64,000 bases of DNA from Chiloscyllium plagiosum (lineage: Eukaryota): NCBI RefSeq assembly GCF_004010195.1, contig NC_057719.1, positions 25,258,809-25,322,808 on the forward strand, given 5' to 3'. The position numbers were made by a program, and so were the translations under genes. This document shows, in pieces, positions 38,450-50,750 of the stretch (its first letter is position 1; every line of letters starts with the position of its first letter). Below the pieces are notes generated by a model. The model did not search any database, was not told the origin of the DNA, and saw only the letters and a program-made list of their open reading frames with translations.

Positions 38450-39065
38450 TAGTTCTTTGAAGTTTGCATCTACGTAGAAAGGGTGGTTAAGAAGGTGTTT
38501 AGCATGCTTGCCTTCATTGTTCAGACCTTTTGAGTATAGGATTCGGGATCCAATATTGAGGACATTGGTGAGGCCTCTTCTGGAGTGTTGTGTCCAGTTC
38601 TGGTCCCTATTGTATGAAGGGCATTATCAAGCAGGCACGAGTTCGGAAAAGATCTACCAGGATGTTGCTGGGAATGCAAAGCTTGAGTTATAGTGAGAGA
38701 CTGGATAGACTGGCAATTGTTTTCACTGAAGTGTAGGAAGTTGAGGGGCAATCTTAAAGAGGTTTTTAAAATCATGAGGGGTATAGATAAGGTGAATGAC
38801 AGGTGTTTTTTCTGTAGGGTGGGGATATTTAAAGCAGGGGGCACATTTTTTAAGGTGAGAGGAGAAAGATTTAAAAAGGACATGAGGATAACATTTTTAC
38901 ACAGAAAATGATTTGTATGAAGAGTGAACTTCCAGGGGAAGTGGTGGATGCGGGTACAGATACAGTATTTAAAAGGTATTTGGATTAGTATATGAATAGG
39001 AAAGGTTTTGAGGGATAGGGGCCAAACACAGGCAAATGGGACTAGTTTAGTTTGGGATTATAGTC
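38450..39065 (+). mobile_element. CR1/HER1-like LINE 3' fragment
   Basis: TLVRPLLECCVQFWS and KLRGNLKEVFKIMRGIDKV motifs plus 3'UTR. Confidence 0.85.
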
Positions 39066-39529
39066 TGAAATCTCTGCACCTCTGTTTTTGGAAGACGTAC
39101 TATCTTAAGATGAAATGATAGTGTTATTTTTTTGGGTTAACTTTTCAGATTGGCAGAGAATTGATACAGTTGTGTTTTGAAAGGAGGGAAGCAGGGCTGG
39201 AATCAGGATGAAATAATTTTTTTGCCTGCCATTGCTTCCTTCCTACCTGATGACATCAAAATGATCACAACCTTCAACTACATGCTGTCTGTGAATTGAA
39301 CTGCGCAGAAATCGCAACATCTTTGCACGATCACCAAACTCCCCTCAATGTACAAACTGTGTAAATATAAAGAACAATTCACTCAACAGGTCCTTGATAC
39401 AATGCATGCAATAGACCCATGGGCAACCTACGGCTTTTGTAAACCAGGGGCAATATCAACATAGACCCAGACTTGGCTGAGCGACTGGAAACCTCAAGTT
39501 GTGAAAAATGGAAGGAAGGAAGTGTAATA

Positions 39530-40350
39530 CTTCAGACAGTCACAGACAAACTGGTGGACAGGTGACAGGTGAAGTTCAGTGCAGCGAAATAAAAGTTTTT
39601 TTTTGTTGGAAGAACATGGATAGATAGCAGCATAAGAAAAAGCTGCTACTTTGAAGAGGCTGCAGGAGCAGAGGGACGTGGATGTAGATGTGTATGAGTC
39701 TTTAATGATGGGAGGAAAGATAGAAAGCAGTTAACAAAGCATTATCCTAGACCTTACTAATAAGGGAATGGATTATAAGAGCAAGGAGGCATTGAACTTG
39801 GATAAGATAGTGCTTTGTTCTCAACTGGATTATTGCATCCAGTTCCGGATGCTGTACTTAAGGAAGGTCTGATCAGACTGTCATTAAATGAGATTGAGAG
39901 ATTCCAGGCGTGGGGGACATAAGATTTATAGATGGATTGTAGAAGTTAATACTGTTTACCTTGGAGAGGAGAAGGCTGAGAGTAGGTCTGCCAGAAGTAT
40001 TCAAAATCGGGAGGAGACCGGACAGAATGGGGAGGAAGAAGTTGTTCCCACTGTTGAAGGGATTGCGAGCAACAGCACAGAATTTAAAGTAATTAGTAAA
40101 AGAAGTAAAAGCGACATGAGAAATAATTTTCACAGTGAATGGTTAAGGTCTGAATACAGTACCTGAGAAGGTAGTGGAGGCAGGTTCGATTGAAGCACTT
40201 AACGGGGAATTCGACTGTTATCTGAAAAAGAAGAAAGTGCAGTGTTCCAGGAAGAAAGCAGGAGAATGGCACTAAGTGAATTGTTCATTCAGAGTGCTGC
40301 TGCAGATAGGATGAGCCAAATAGTCTCCTCCCACGGTGTGTCAATTCGGT
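39530..40350 (+). mobile_element. Old CR1-like LINE 3' fragment
   Basis: Degenerate ORF2 C-terminus and 3'UTR, similar to 7190-7930. Confidence 0.75.
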
Positions 40351-41274
40351 GATTTGGTATTTGGCATTGCAGCAAAGAACATTTACAATGGAGCTGAAAG
40401 GTCAAGACTCAGGGATCAACATTTCAAGAGAGGTCTGCGGTTTTCCGTAGAATGTTTGTTTGACCTATGAATTGCAAGCCAGGTAGTAAATATGTGGGCC
40501 TGCAAGTATCGTCCAGAGACTTAAACATTCTTGATCCCTTTGCCAAACTACTGGATAAGTGACTGAATGTGTATATGCACTGGGTCAAGTTGACATGCCA
40601 TTTAACAATGTCCTTCCTGGGATTACAGAATTAGGAAAGGATTTTGCTTGAATTCCTTCCAGTGTGTAAGGAAGCCATTTTTCCATTACTGGCTCTGGAT
40701 TGCTGAAGTCCTTTACCTAAGGTTTATTTTTGTTGCTGGTTTTGCTGCCTACAGACTCGGGGAAATTTGAACGGCCATGGGAGGGTTTTTATCTGCTGTT
40801 GTATCCACAATGATCTGAGTAAAAGCCATTTGAAAACTGACGGCAAATTAGGCTTCTGTATTCTTCATTAGGTTTTGCATTAAAAACATTTTGGGATTGA
40901 AACTGATTTTAAAAATATAATTCAGGGTTGGTTGCTAAGTCCTTGTCCTTGAGCTCTCTTTTGAAAGATGTGAATGGCTTCACCTGCAGAAAATTAAAAT
41001 GAGCTTTTAGCTCATCAGCTGAATTGGAGTGGTTTAATTCAGGTCCAGTGTGGATTTTGCTGCTGTGTTTAGATTGACTGGTTCAGAGCCACCATTGATG
41101 GGTCACACTGGAAGGTAATCATTCACCCGCTAAGTTATTTTATTTAACACAAGACTGCTGTGTTCAATGGCACTAATTCTGTTGAATGACTGAAGCCGAC
41201 AGTACTTTGACCTATTAAACAACTTAGATATACTGCTCAGCTTTAAATTTTACTGTCCCCAATGGAGAAGGAAG

Positions 41275-41591
41275 GGCAGCAGGGTGGCTCAGTGGTTAGC
41301 ACTGCTGTCTCACAGCGCCAGGGACCCGAGTTTGATTCCAGCCTCAGGCGACTGTCTGTGCAGACTTTGCACATTCTCCTTGTGTCTAAGTGGGTTTCCT
41401 CTAGGTGGTCCGGTTTCCTCCTGCAATCCAAAGATGTGCAGGTTAGGTGGATTGGCCATGCTAAAATGCCCACAGTCTCCAGGGATGTGCAGGCTGGGTG
41501 AAATGCAGAGTTACAGGGATAGGGTCGGGTTGCGATACTTCTCAGAGGGTCAGTGTGGACTTGATGGACCAAATGGCCTGGATTCTATGAT
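41275..41591 (+). mobile_element. HE1-type SINE with TSD
   Basis: Full head and tail; AAGGAAG duplicated at 41268-41274 and 41597-41603. Confidence 0.9.
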
Positions 41592-41751
41592 AAAACAAGG
41601 AAGTCAAATTTGGGATATTTGATCCATTGACTGCAAAGAATGCTGAAACTAAACAAGAAATTAATGGTCATACCAACAAAAGAAGTTGCCAACTACTTTC
41701 AAAACTTGAAGCTTTGTCTAATCCCTTAGAATCTATTTAGTAACTTTTTTT

Positions 41752-41925
41752 TTAATATTCATTATGGAATGTGAGGACTGCTGGCACGGTTAGCAATTAT
41801 TGGCCATTCCTAATTGCTTTTGCAAAAGTGATGGTAAGCCACCATGAACTGCTACTGTCTGTGTTATGAAGTTAATCGCAGAGTGCTGCTGGAAGGGAAT
41901 CCAGGATTTTGACATAGCAACACCT
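41752..41925 (-). mobile_element. LINE 3' fragment (partner LINE of SINE family 2)
   Basis: Diverged match to 51213-51400. Confidence 0.55.
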
Positions 41926-42285
41926 TTCTTCTAAGCTATCAATTGCAAATCACTTGACCAAAGGTGACCTTTGTCACTGATGTTGTACAAACTCATGACA
42001 CTACCAAAATCTATACAGGTATTTCATAGTTTTTGGACAGTTTTGTTTTAATAGAGCTGCTGTCTTCAGCTTTGCTAATTCAACTGCTTGCTGTCTTACA
42101 ATTAGCATGATAAAAATAGTTGTTTACATAAGTGATTGTTGTTTAAGGCATTTTCTGTTATGAAAAGGTGTGATATATATGACTTTAGTTTGTAAAGTGG
42201 AACTGTGTCAGGATCTTGTTCTCTGTGAGCTATCTATGAGCCCTTGAAGTCTGCTCTGGTGACATTCAGTTTGTGTTCTTTCCAG

Positions 42286-42448
42286 CTCGATGTAGTGGAA
42301 GGCGTCTTCAGGCCACCAAGCGACGAGGTCATCCGAAAAATATCCAGGACGCTGCGTGAAGCACTTGGCATATCCTTGTTTGGCATTGATGTAATAATCA
42401 ATAACCAAACTGGCCAACATGCTGTTATCGATATTAATGCATTCCCAG
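42286..42448 (+). CDS. ITPK1: ITPK1 coding exon (163 nt), LDVVEGVFRPPSDEVIRKISRTLREALGISLFGIDVIINNQTGQHAVIDINAFP
   Basis: Acceptor gttctttccAG, donor GTAAAC at 42449. Carries the metal-binding motifs FGID and IDINAFPG. Confidence 0.97.
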
Positions 42449-42537
42449 GTAAACAGCTCCGTTCTCTCTGTCAAAGGGACACCTTTCTATTTGATGCTAC
42501 GTACAGTGTATTTGTGAGGCCAGTGAATTTGTTTTCC

Positions 42538-42880
42538 TCTATTCATTCGCTGGATCCACTAGGCCAACAGTTATTGCTCATCCCTAATTGCTCAGAGGGT
42601 AGTTATGGGTCAACCACACTGCGCTGGGTCTGAAGTTACATGTAGGACTGACAGGGTAAGGATGATAGTTTCCTTCCCTAAAGGACATTAGTGAGCCAGA
42701 TGGGTTTTTCCGACAGTCGACAATGGATTCGTGGTCATTGTTAGATTCCTAATTCCAGATGTTTATTGAATTTAAATTCCACCATCTGTCGTGGTGAGAT
42801 TTGACCCCAGGTCCCACCAACATTACCTGGGTCTCTGGGTTAACAGTCCAGTGATAATACCACAAGGCCATCACCTTCCC
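42538..42880 (-). mobile_element. SINE family 2, full length
   Basis: Colinear with 6146-6499 along its whole length. Confidence 0.82.
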
Positions 42881-43699
42881 TGTGAAGGGGAAGTTTTTCA
42901 AGTGCGACTATTTTGTGTGGAAGTTTTTTAAATGAAAGGCTACCTTGATGTGACTAGGTAAATTTGAAGTTTAGAGGAGGCTTGTAGCGAGTATAAACAC
43001 TGCCATGGACCTTCATGGCTGACCATTGGGGTAATTAAACAGTTTGCACTGAAGGGAGCCTTTGAGGATTTCAGATTTGTTGGTGACATTGGCCTCTTTT
43101 TAATTAAAATGGAGAATCTTCATAAACCAGGATTGGAAAAAGATGCTTATTGTTTAAAAAAGGTCACCCTGCCTATGTTCTGCTTATGAGGATTAGATCT
43201 CTGCTCATAATAAAAGTAAAGGATGTGCTTATGCTGTGAATATATTGTATTTGATGGTTGCTCTTTTAAAATAAGTCACCTTTTTCTCCATTTAAGAGAC
43301 ACATCATTGGCAATTTGAAAAAAATCTTAGAATTCAAGCTCAAACCAAAGGAGGACGTGGGCAAGAGGCTGGCAACAATGTTTTGTGGCTTCAAATTCAC
43401 TTTCAATTCTTCATGTAATTGAAACCATGCCAGTTGCAAATGTCTTAATTAGCAAGGGGCTTAAAATATACAGCAAGCACAAAGAAGAGCTCGGTGATCC
43501 CAGTGTCCACGTTCTCCCCTTGATTTTAGAATTTTGTAATAATTCAGTTGAATCCAATTCATCTTGTAAGTCTGCTTCTCATTTGACTACAGGAGCATTT
43601 ACCCTGAAATCACTTAATTAGACTTCTGAAACTGGGTAATGACTGATGTGTTTTATATTCTTGTTTTCATTTTTAAATTCTCATCAGATTTTGCCCAAG

Positions 43700-43925
43700 T
43701 TTTATCTCAATAATCTTCTCCAGCCCTGTATTTTTTCATAAGTTGCTCTGACTCCATTGTCTTCACTTCCCTCCTCTTCCTCTACCACCTCCACCACAAT
43801 AATGGCAGTCATTCCTTCAGCTGACTTAAATTCTCTCTCTTGCCTACCGTGCTGACCCTTGCCTCTTTCTCCTTCCTTAAGACCCTCCCATCGACCAAGC
43901 TTTTGGTCAGTCATCCAGAGGTCTC
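43700..43925 (+). mobile_element. L2-like LINE 3' fragment
   Basis: CTCCAGCCCT...CATTCCTTCAGCTG...CCTTCCTTAAGACCCTCC...GACCAAGCTTTTGGTCA, typical of L2 3' ends. Confidence 0.5.
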
Positions 43926-44217
43926 TCTCTTGTTTGAAATCTTCTTCTCTCAGTCTACCTTTAGAATAATGTTGAACAAATGTATGCTTGCAATGCTACA
44001 CTGGTACAAGCTACTGCTGTCTTTGTTATGCCAGTCAATTTCAAATTCAAGTGAATTTTTCATGAGACTTCAAAGCACTGGTTGAGTAGAGCGTTTGAAT
44101 GAATTAATTCCAATTAGTTTCACTGTCCTTTATTGACACAATGGAGATACAGTAGCAAGAGAATACAGAAATCTCCTTTTATAAATGAGTTAGGATTGAG
44201 CCGTTAAATTAAGTGTT

Positions 44218-44383
44218 CAGAGGAACCTCGATTATCCGAAGGGCATAGGTGTGGATTATTTCGTTTAGTTAATCAAATTCCGGATAATCGAATGCTGGAT
44301 AACATAGTTTAGTCGAGCATTGGGACCTTGCCAGATAATCCGATATTTGGATAATTGAATGCCTGATAATCAGGGATCCTCTG
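44218..44383. mobile_element. Tigger/pogo-like MITE
   Basis: TIRs CAGAGGAACCTCGATTATCCG and (rc) CAGAGGATCCCTGATTATCAG; TA on the right flank; internal GATAATC repeats. Confidence 0.75.
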
Positions 44384-44897
44384 TAATTCCCTTGGAGATT
44401 TGGGATTCAGGGAGTACATTGGTCCTTTACAATCAGCATTTCAAGTGATGTATCTTTTGATGACTGTCACAGACAGCGCACACAGGCGCTTGGTGGTAGT
44501 AGAAGTCACATGACAAAGACAAGCCAGCCAGGACATTTCCACGGTCATCTCCTTTTTGAAAAAACAGTAGGTGCACATATTCACCAAGGTACCCAATATA
44601 CATGGTCAATAATGAAAATTAGCATTAATTAACATAATTAGGCTAGAAATGCTAATCCATTTCACTTCCATTAGTCTCTGTACATGCTTCGGATAATTGG
44701 GGTGCAATTTTCTACTCCCTGGAAGCAGCAAGAGAAAACATAATTGGGCTGAATTGGCCTTGATGAGGTACTCAAACCCTTCTTACCTTATCACTAATTA
44801 ATTTCAGGATGAGAAAATCCATGGTGTTGTATATAGCTGTCTGTAGTTGCGACAATATATCGAGACATTAATATTCTGTCAACTGGCCTGATTCTTG

Positions 44898-45129
44898 GTG
44901 AAAGTGAGGACTGCAGATGCTGGAGATCAAAGTCAAGATTAGAGTGGTGCTGGAAAAGCACAGCAGGTCAGGCAGCATCCGAGAAGCAGGAACATAGATG
45001 TTACAGGCAAAAGCCCTTCATAAGGAATAGAGGGAATCCTGATGAAGGGCTTTTGCCCAAAATATCGATTTTCCTGGTCCTCAGATGCTGCCTGATCTGC
45101 TGTGCTTTTCCTGCACCACTCTAATCTTG
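44898..45129. mobile_element. Penelope-like inverted-repeat element, family B, with decayed hammerhead (45035-45070, +)
   Basis: About 95-bp inverted arms; AATC-CTGATGA-A-GGGC-TTTT-GCCC-AAAATATC-GATT; flanks TGGCCTGATTCTTG/TGGCCTAATTCTTG. Confidence 0.8.
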
Positions 45130-45347
45130 GCCTAATTCTTGTTGAGAACGTTGAATGTTTGCATTCTGATTGGCTCCCCAGTGTTCAGCTCTGACAACAA
45201 ATTGGGGGTTTTATTGAAGTGAAATTTGGCTTTGTCATTTCACTTTGATTTTGTAACTGACTCCTGTTATTACTTTTGGCTGCGATTGTTTTCTGCTATT
45301 GGAAAAGTAATTTGAGTGTGGCATGACGTCTGGACTACTTTCAATAC

Positions 45348-45740
45348 CATAGAGTCATAGAGATGTACAGCACGGAAATAGACCCTTCAGTCCAACCCAT
45401 CCATGCCGACCAGATATCCCAACCCAATCTAGTCCCACCTGCCAGCACCTGGCCCATATCCCTCCAAACCCTTCCTTATCACCTTCTTAAACAGTGGCAC
45501 CACGCTTGCCAAATTCCAGTCTTCCGGCATCTCACCTGTGACTATTGACGATACAAATATCTCAGCAAGAGGCCCAGCAATCACTTCTCTAGTTTCCCAC
45601 AGATTTCTAGAGTAACCTGATCAGGTCCTGGGGGTTTATCCATCTTTTATGCGTTTCAAGACATCCAGCACTTCCTCCTCTGTAATATGGACATTTTGCA
45701 AGGTGTCATCATCTATTTCCCTGCATTCTATATCTTCCAT
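45348..45740 (-). mobile_element. CR1/HER1-like LINE 3' end fused to an internal LINE segment
   Basis: 45348-45478 is nearly identical to the 30702 tail; the remainder resembles a more upstream ORF2 region. Confidence 0.7.
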
Positions 45741-46069
45741 CTGTAGGTTCATTTCTCCATTCAAGGGTTGTGCAGGCCTGTGCTGATCTGCTCAATTTTT
45801 TATGATACCCTTGGCAATTTTTGCAGCTTCCTCAGCATTTCAGTTTGACTGGCAATAGTGTGGAGATGATGTGTGGTGCTGAATCTTTCATGAGGTGGCT
45901 GAATGCTTCATTCCCAAGTAATATCATTTTACATCACAGTGTCTTGAATGCCAAAATGGCTGAACTGTGCTTTTAGATTTTCTACAATCACAACTAGTAG
46001 TCTTTGAAGTCATCTGGTCTAACTCCAAGTCGTCAGCAGTATTTGGTGGTGACCAGATGATCTATGCCC

Positions 46070-47020
46070 ACTAGTTTTGGACTCTTTCCTCCCCCCACCC
46101 TTGGGGAAAAGACTTTGCCTATTCACCATATCCATGTCCCGCATGATTTTATAAACCTCTGAGGTCATGCCTATGCCTCGGATGCTCCTTGGAAAATAAC
46201 TGCAGCCTATTCAGCCTCTCCCTATAGCTCAGATGCTCCAATCCTTGCAGCACCCTTGTAAATCTTTTCTGAATCCTTTCAAGTTTCAGAATATTCTTCC
46301 TATAGCAGGGAGATCAGAATTGCACACAGTATTCCAAAAGCGGCCTAACCACTGTCCCGTACAGCCACAATATGACCTCCCAACTCCTATTCTCAATGCA
46401 CTGACCAATAAATGCAAGCATACCAAATGCCACCTTCACTGTCTGTGACTCCACCTTCAAGGAATAATGAACGTGCACTCCAAGGTCTCTTTGCTCAGCA
46501 GCATTTCCCATTAACTGTATAAGTCCTGCTCTGATTTGCCTTTCTAAAATGCAGCACCTCACATTTATCTAAATTAAAGTCCATCTACCACTCCTCGGCC
46601 CATTGGTCCATCTGATCAATGTTCCATTGTACCTTGAAGTAACGTCTTTCACTGTCCACTGCACCTGCAATTTTGGTGTCATCTGCAAACTTACTAGCCA
46701 TAACTCCTACATTCACATCCAAATCATTTATGCAAGTGACAAAATGCAATGGCCCCAGCATTGATCCTTGCAGTATACCACTAGTCACACACCTATAGTC
46801 AGAAAAGCAACCCTCCCCCCACCCTCTGTCTTCTTCCTTCAAGCCAGTTCTGTATCCAAATGGCTAGTTTTTCCAGTATTCTGTGAGATCTAACCTTGCT
46901 AACCAGTCTCTCATGAAGAACCTTGTCAAATGCCTTACTGAAGTCCATACAGATCACATCAATTTTAGTTGGTTACTTCAAAAAAAACTCAATCAAATTA
47001 GTGAGACACAATTTCCCATG
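46070..47020 (-). mobile_element. CR1/HER1-like LINE fragment
   Basis: SGILQGSMLGPL, SKFADDTK and LEYCVQF motifs. Confidence 0.88.
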
Positions 47021-47180
47021 CATTAGTGAATGATGTGGATTTTTTCCTGACAATTTGGCAATGATTTCAAGGTTTGTTCAATTTAAACTCTATCATGGTG
47101 GCATTGGAACCCAGATTCCCAGAACATTAACTAGATCTTTGGACTAATAGTCTTGTGATAATACAACTAGGCCTTCATCT
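47020..47180 (-). mobile_element. SINE family 2 partial copy
   Basis: CATTAGTGAA...CCCAGAACATTA...GATAATACAACTAGGCC matches 42685-42870. Confidence 0.6.
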
Positions 47181-48334
47181 TGTGTTGTTTGTTTGATTTG
47201 AACAAGATGTTCATGTACTGACACACCTGTGTTTTTGTTGTTCAGCTTCAGATTCATTTGGTGAGCTTTCTCTGAGTCACACTGGACTCTTACCATAGTC
47301 TAAGGTAGCTTCCATTGTGTCTTCACATCCATAGAATAGTAGATTATCCACAGTAGCTCCCATTTCTGGAGGATCACTAGCTATCACATGCTGTCTTCAT
47401 TGAGACTATTCAGCAGTGGTGGAAATGCTGAGCAGCCTGAACTGCAACCTAAATATTGTTCAAAAACTGCATTCACCCAGCTTCCCTCGCCAGTTCCCAT
47501 TCTTCACACTGAAAGGAGTAAGTAACTTTGCAGTGGCGAGTTATGGCAACATTTGTTCATTAGTTGGAATGGAGCAGTAAGCTTTTTACCAAACTTTATC
47601 AAAATCCTTTGGATCTATGCATGGTCTGTTTTCCAGGTGTTTTCACTGCTCCCATCTGCTCACCCAGTCGACAGGGGCTATCCCTTTCTCAATTCCTCCC
47701 TTCCTTTCCAGCTGTTCTAGCTGGAATTCTCCCCTGAAGATGATATTCACTAGCAAGACATCCAAGACCTGTCAGCCTTGGTAATCTTTTAGGATCTGTT
47801 CAGAGGTCACTGACTTAATGGCCTGGGGAATGTTGCATATCCTTTCTGCAACGTCTAAGGGTTATCAGATCAAGCTTTAGACTTGCTTCAAGTTGAGATG
47901 AGTGGATTTTCCTTCGTTTATAATCTGGAACTCCAGATCTTCACTCCTCCTCTTGTTCATTGAGCTTCCGGCTTTGTTTCACGTGTTGAGGTGAGTATCA
48001 TTCCGTCATTTGGCCTCAACTGTACATTGTTTTTTCCACATTTGGTTTTTAGCATTTTGAATAACTTTTCTCAGGGTCAGCAATGTTCATGCCGTGGTGC
48101 AAAAGCACCGGTGTCTACCTGATACTTCATGTGCCCTTTTACAGTTGTCAGTCTAGCTGTCACAAACCAGTTACCACCATTACACTTGACAATGGCAACT
48201 TGTATGGTGTAATGTCATTTGTCAGAATTATTGGCTACTGTCCTTGTAGGCTTGCTTTGCTGCTTACTAGCTAAATACATGTCTGCAGTTGGAGCACTGC
48301 TTTCCCCCACACTGGACATGTTCCCCTTTCTTTT

Positions 48335-48689
48335 TAGAATCATAGAATCCCTACAGTGTAGAAACAGGCCCTTCAGCCAACAGGTCCACACCCACCCTCA
48401 GAGTAACCCACCCAGACCCATTCCCCAATCCTACTAGTCTACATTTTACCCCTGACTAATGTACCTAACCTACACATCCCTGAACACCATGAGCAATTTA
48501 GCATGGCCAATTCACCCAACCTGCACTTTTTTGGATTGTGGGAGGAAACCAGAACACCCAGAGGAAACCCACGCAGACACTGGGAGATTGTGCAAACTCC
48601 ACACAGACAGCCACCTGAGGCTGGAATCTAACTTGGGTCCCTGGCGCTGTGAGGCAGGTGTGCTACCCACTGAGCCACCGTGCCTCCCC
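48335..48689 (-). mobile_element. HE1-type SINE
   Basis: Full head, body and GATTCTATGATTCT tail. Confidence 0.9.
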
Positions 48690-48907
48690 AGTGATGCCCT
48701 CTGCAATATTGACATCTTATCCTTTGGCCATGGGTCTTTCAGCTGGCTTTTCTGCATATATTTCTTCCTCTTTTTTTCCAATAATTATTCTCATTCATTC
48801 TGGAAATTCTCTTAGCATATGCATAGCCTTGTCTGTGTTGCCATTTTTATGTATTGGCTTATGATTGCCAATCTCAGAGCTTCTGAATATGTCAATAACT
48901 AACTTGA

Positions 48908-49125
48908 GAGTTAAAAATCACACAACACCAGGTTATAGTCCAACAGATTTAATTGGAAGCTGCTCCTTCATCAGGTGATTGTGGAGTGCACAATTGTAAG
49001 ACACAGAATTTATAGCAAAAGTTTATAGTGTGATGTAACTGAAATTATACATTGAAAAATACCTTGATTGTTTGTTGAGTCTCTCAAATGTTAGAATGAC
49101 CTTGATAGTTTCGCTTCTTTCATAT
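48908..49125 (-). mobile_element. Penelope-like family C arm plus adjacent element body
   Basis: TTAAAAATCACACAACACCAGGTTATAGTCCAACAG...GCTGCTCCTTCATCAGGTG matches 22760-22850; an internal deletion removes the GAAA half of the core. Confidence 0.7.
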
Positions 49126-49470
49126 TCAGAATAGTGAGTTTAATGGTGAAATTTTTAAAAATCTTACTGGAGGAGCAGACTCCTAAGTCAGAACATGCCT
49201 GGCCTTGCCCCTCATGTCACATCGGAGTGACACGCATTGAGTGGATGTCTTCTTGGGGGCATTCACAGGGAAACCCCATGCCTGTCAGTGCTTGGCCTCA
49301 CACCCCTACATCGCATCTGAATTACACACATTGAGTGGGTGTCGACTTGAGTTAACTGTTTGCTCGCCAAACAGCCTTGTTAGTGAGAAAAAAACTTCTC
49401 AAAAATCTTTTTTTGGTTTTTGAAGCTTTTTGGTTTTTGGGTGTTCGGATAAAGGATCTTCTACCTGTAC
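49125..49470. mobile_element. Possible Tigger/MER2-like DNA transposon fragment
   Basis: Right end CGGATAAAGGATCTTCTACCTG|TA resembles a pogo TIR; internal ~55-bp direct repeat. Confidence 0.4.
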
Positions 49471-49479
49471 TAATTCAGA

Positions 49480-49725
49480 TTGCTGTTTGTCAGCTCTCTG
49501 CAAGTTCCCCTCCAAGCCACTCACTATCCTGACTTAGAAACTCATTCCTGTTCCTTCAGTGTTGTTGGGTTAAAATGCCGGAACTCCCTCCCGAAAGCTA
49601 TTGTGGACATACTTGCACCAAATGGACTGCAGTGGTTCCTGAAGGCAGCTCACCACCACCTTCTCGAAGGAAACTAGGGAAGGGCAATACATGCTGGTCC
49701 AGCCAGTAATGCCATCATGAAAATA
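49480..49725 (+). mobile_element. LINE 3' fragment (partner LINE of SINE family 2)
   Basis: Reverse complement of 51213-51470; ends GGGCAATACATGCTGGTCCAGCCAG. Confidence 0.7.
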
Positions 49726-50456
49726 ACTTTTAAAAATTCCTGCCTTGAATAACGAAGTACACTCCTCACTTGTGCATCAGAGGTTTGATATTCACTGCAT
49801 CCATTATTACAGCGGATGATTAGATGTGTCATTTTGCAGTTTTCTCTCAAGAAAATAAGATGTTAGCTAAATTGGTCTGACTTTCAGCTGATGTTATTTT
49901 TCATACAAATGACTTTCTTTTTGAAGTTTAGTCATCCTGTCACAGATGTTCTTTGGAAACGGTGACATTACTGCAATGCATAATCACAGCTTTAGTGGTT
50001 GGTTTTCTGTGATGTTTACTTTCTGCACCAGATGAATCGGTCCCACTCTTGTGTATCATTTCACATCCGAACCTTTGGAAGAGCTGCAATCCTACCATGC
50101 ACAGGTGACCTTGTATAAAACTGGAATTTCCATTTGTCACTGTGCCAAATGTTCTCCCTGCTTTTGTTCATCTGCTTGTAACACCCACCCTTCGCAGATG
50201 TTATGGTGCCCAAAGGTGATTGTCTCTGGTTCTTTTGATAAAGTGAGAAAATACCTTTTATGCAATTATTGGTTAAGGTCTGGCTTATAGGGTGCTATAA
50301 ATATATTCTGTGGTAGCCTTCAAAAGGGAATTTGGTAAATGCATGAAGGATAAAATATTCCATGGATATGGGAAAAGAACAGGAGAGTAGGATGAACAGT
50401 GTTGGTCCTTTGACATTGCTGGTACAGCCTCAATGCGCTGAGGAGCCTCCTACTGT

Positions 50457-50750
50457 TTAGATTAGATTAGATTCCCTACAGGCCCTTCGGCCCAACAAGT
50501 CCACACTGACCCTCCGAAGAGCAACCCACCCAGACCCATTCCCCTACATTTACCCCTTCACCTAACACTATGGGCAATTTAGCATGGCCAATTCACCTAA
50601 CCTGCACATTTTTGGACTGTGGGAGGAAACCCACGCTGACACGGGGAGAATGTGCAAACTCCACACAGACAGTTGCCTGAGGCGGGAATTGAACCCGGGT
50701 CTCTGGCGCTGTGAGGCAGCAGTGCTAACCACTGTGCCACCGTGTTGCCC
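50457..50750 (-). mobile_element. HE1-type SINE
   Basis: Young copy with (AATCT)n tail. Confidence 0.9.

Larger units (their letters stand above)
45740..48850 (-). mobile_element. Decayed Gypsy/Ty3 pol relic (RT and integrase) interrupted by CR1 and SINE insertions
   Basis: Minus-strand translations: QHHTSSPHYCQSN*NAEEAAKIAKGIIK and ENLKAQFSHFGIQDTVM (integrase core, 45780-45990); PVDWVS and RPCIDPKDFDK (RT N-terminus, 47594-47677). Outer limits uncertain. Confidence 0.72.

Noticed and set aside
42449..42633. ORF continuing past the exon donor (intron read-through isoform)
   Set aside because: It runs into a SINE, the donor is canonical, and nothing suggests coding potential.
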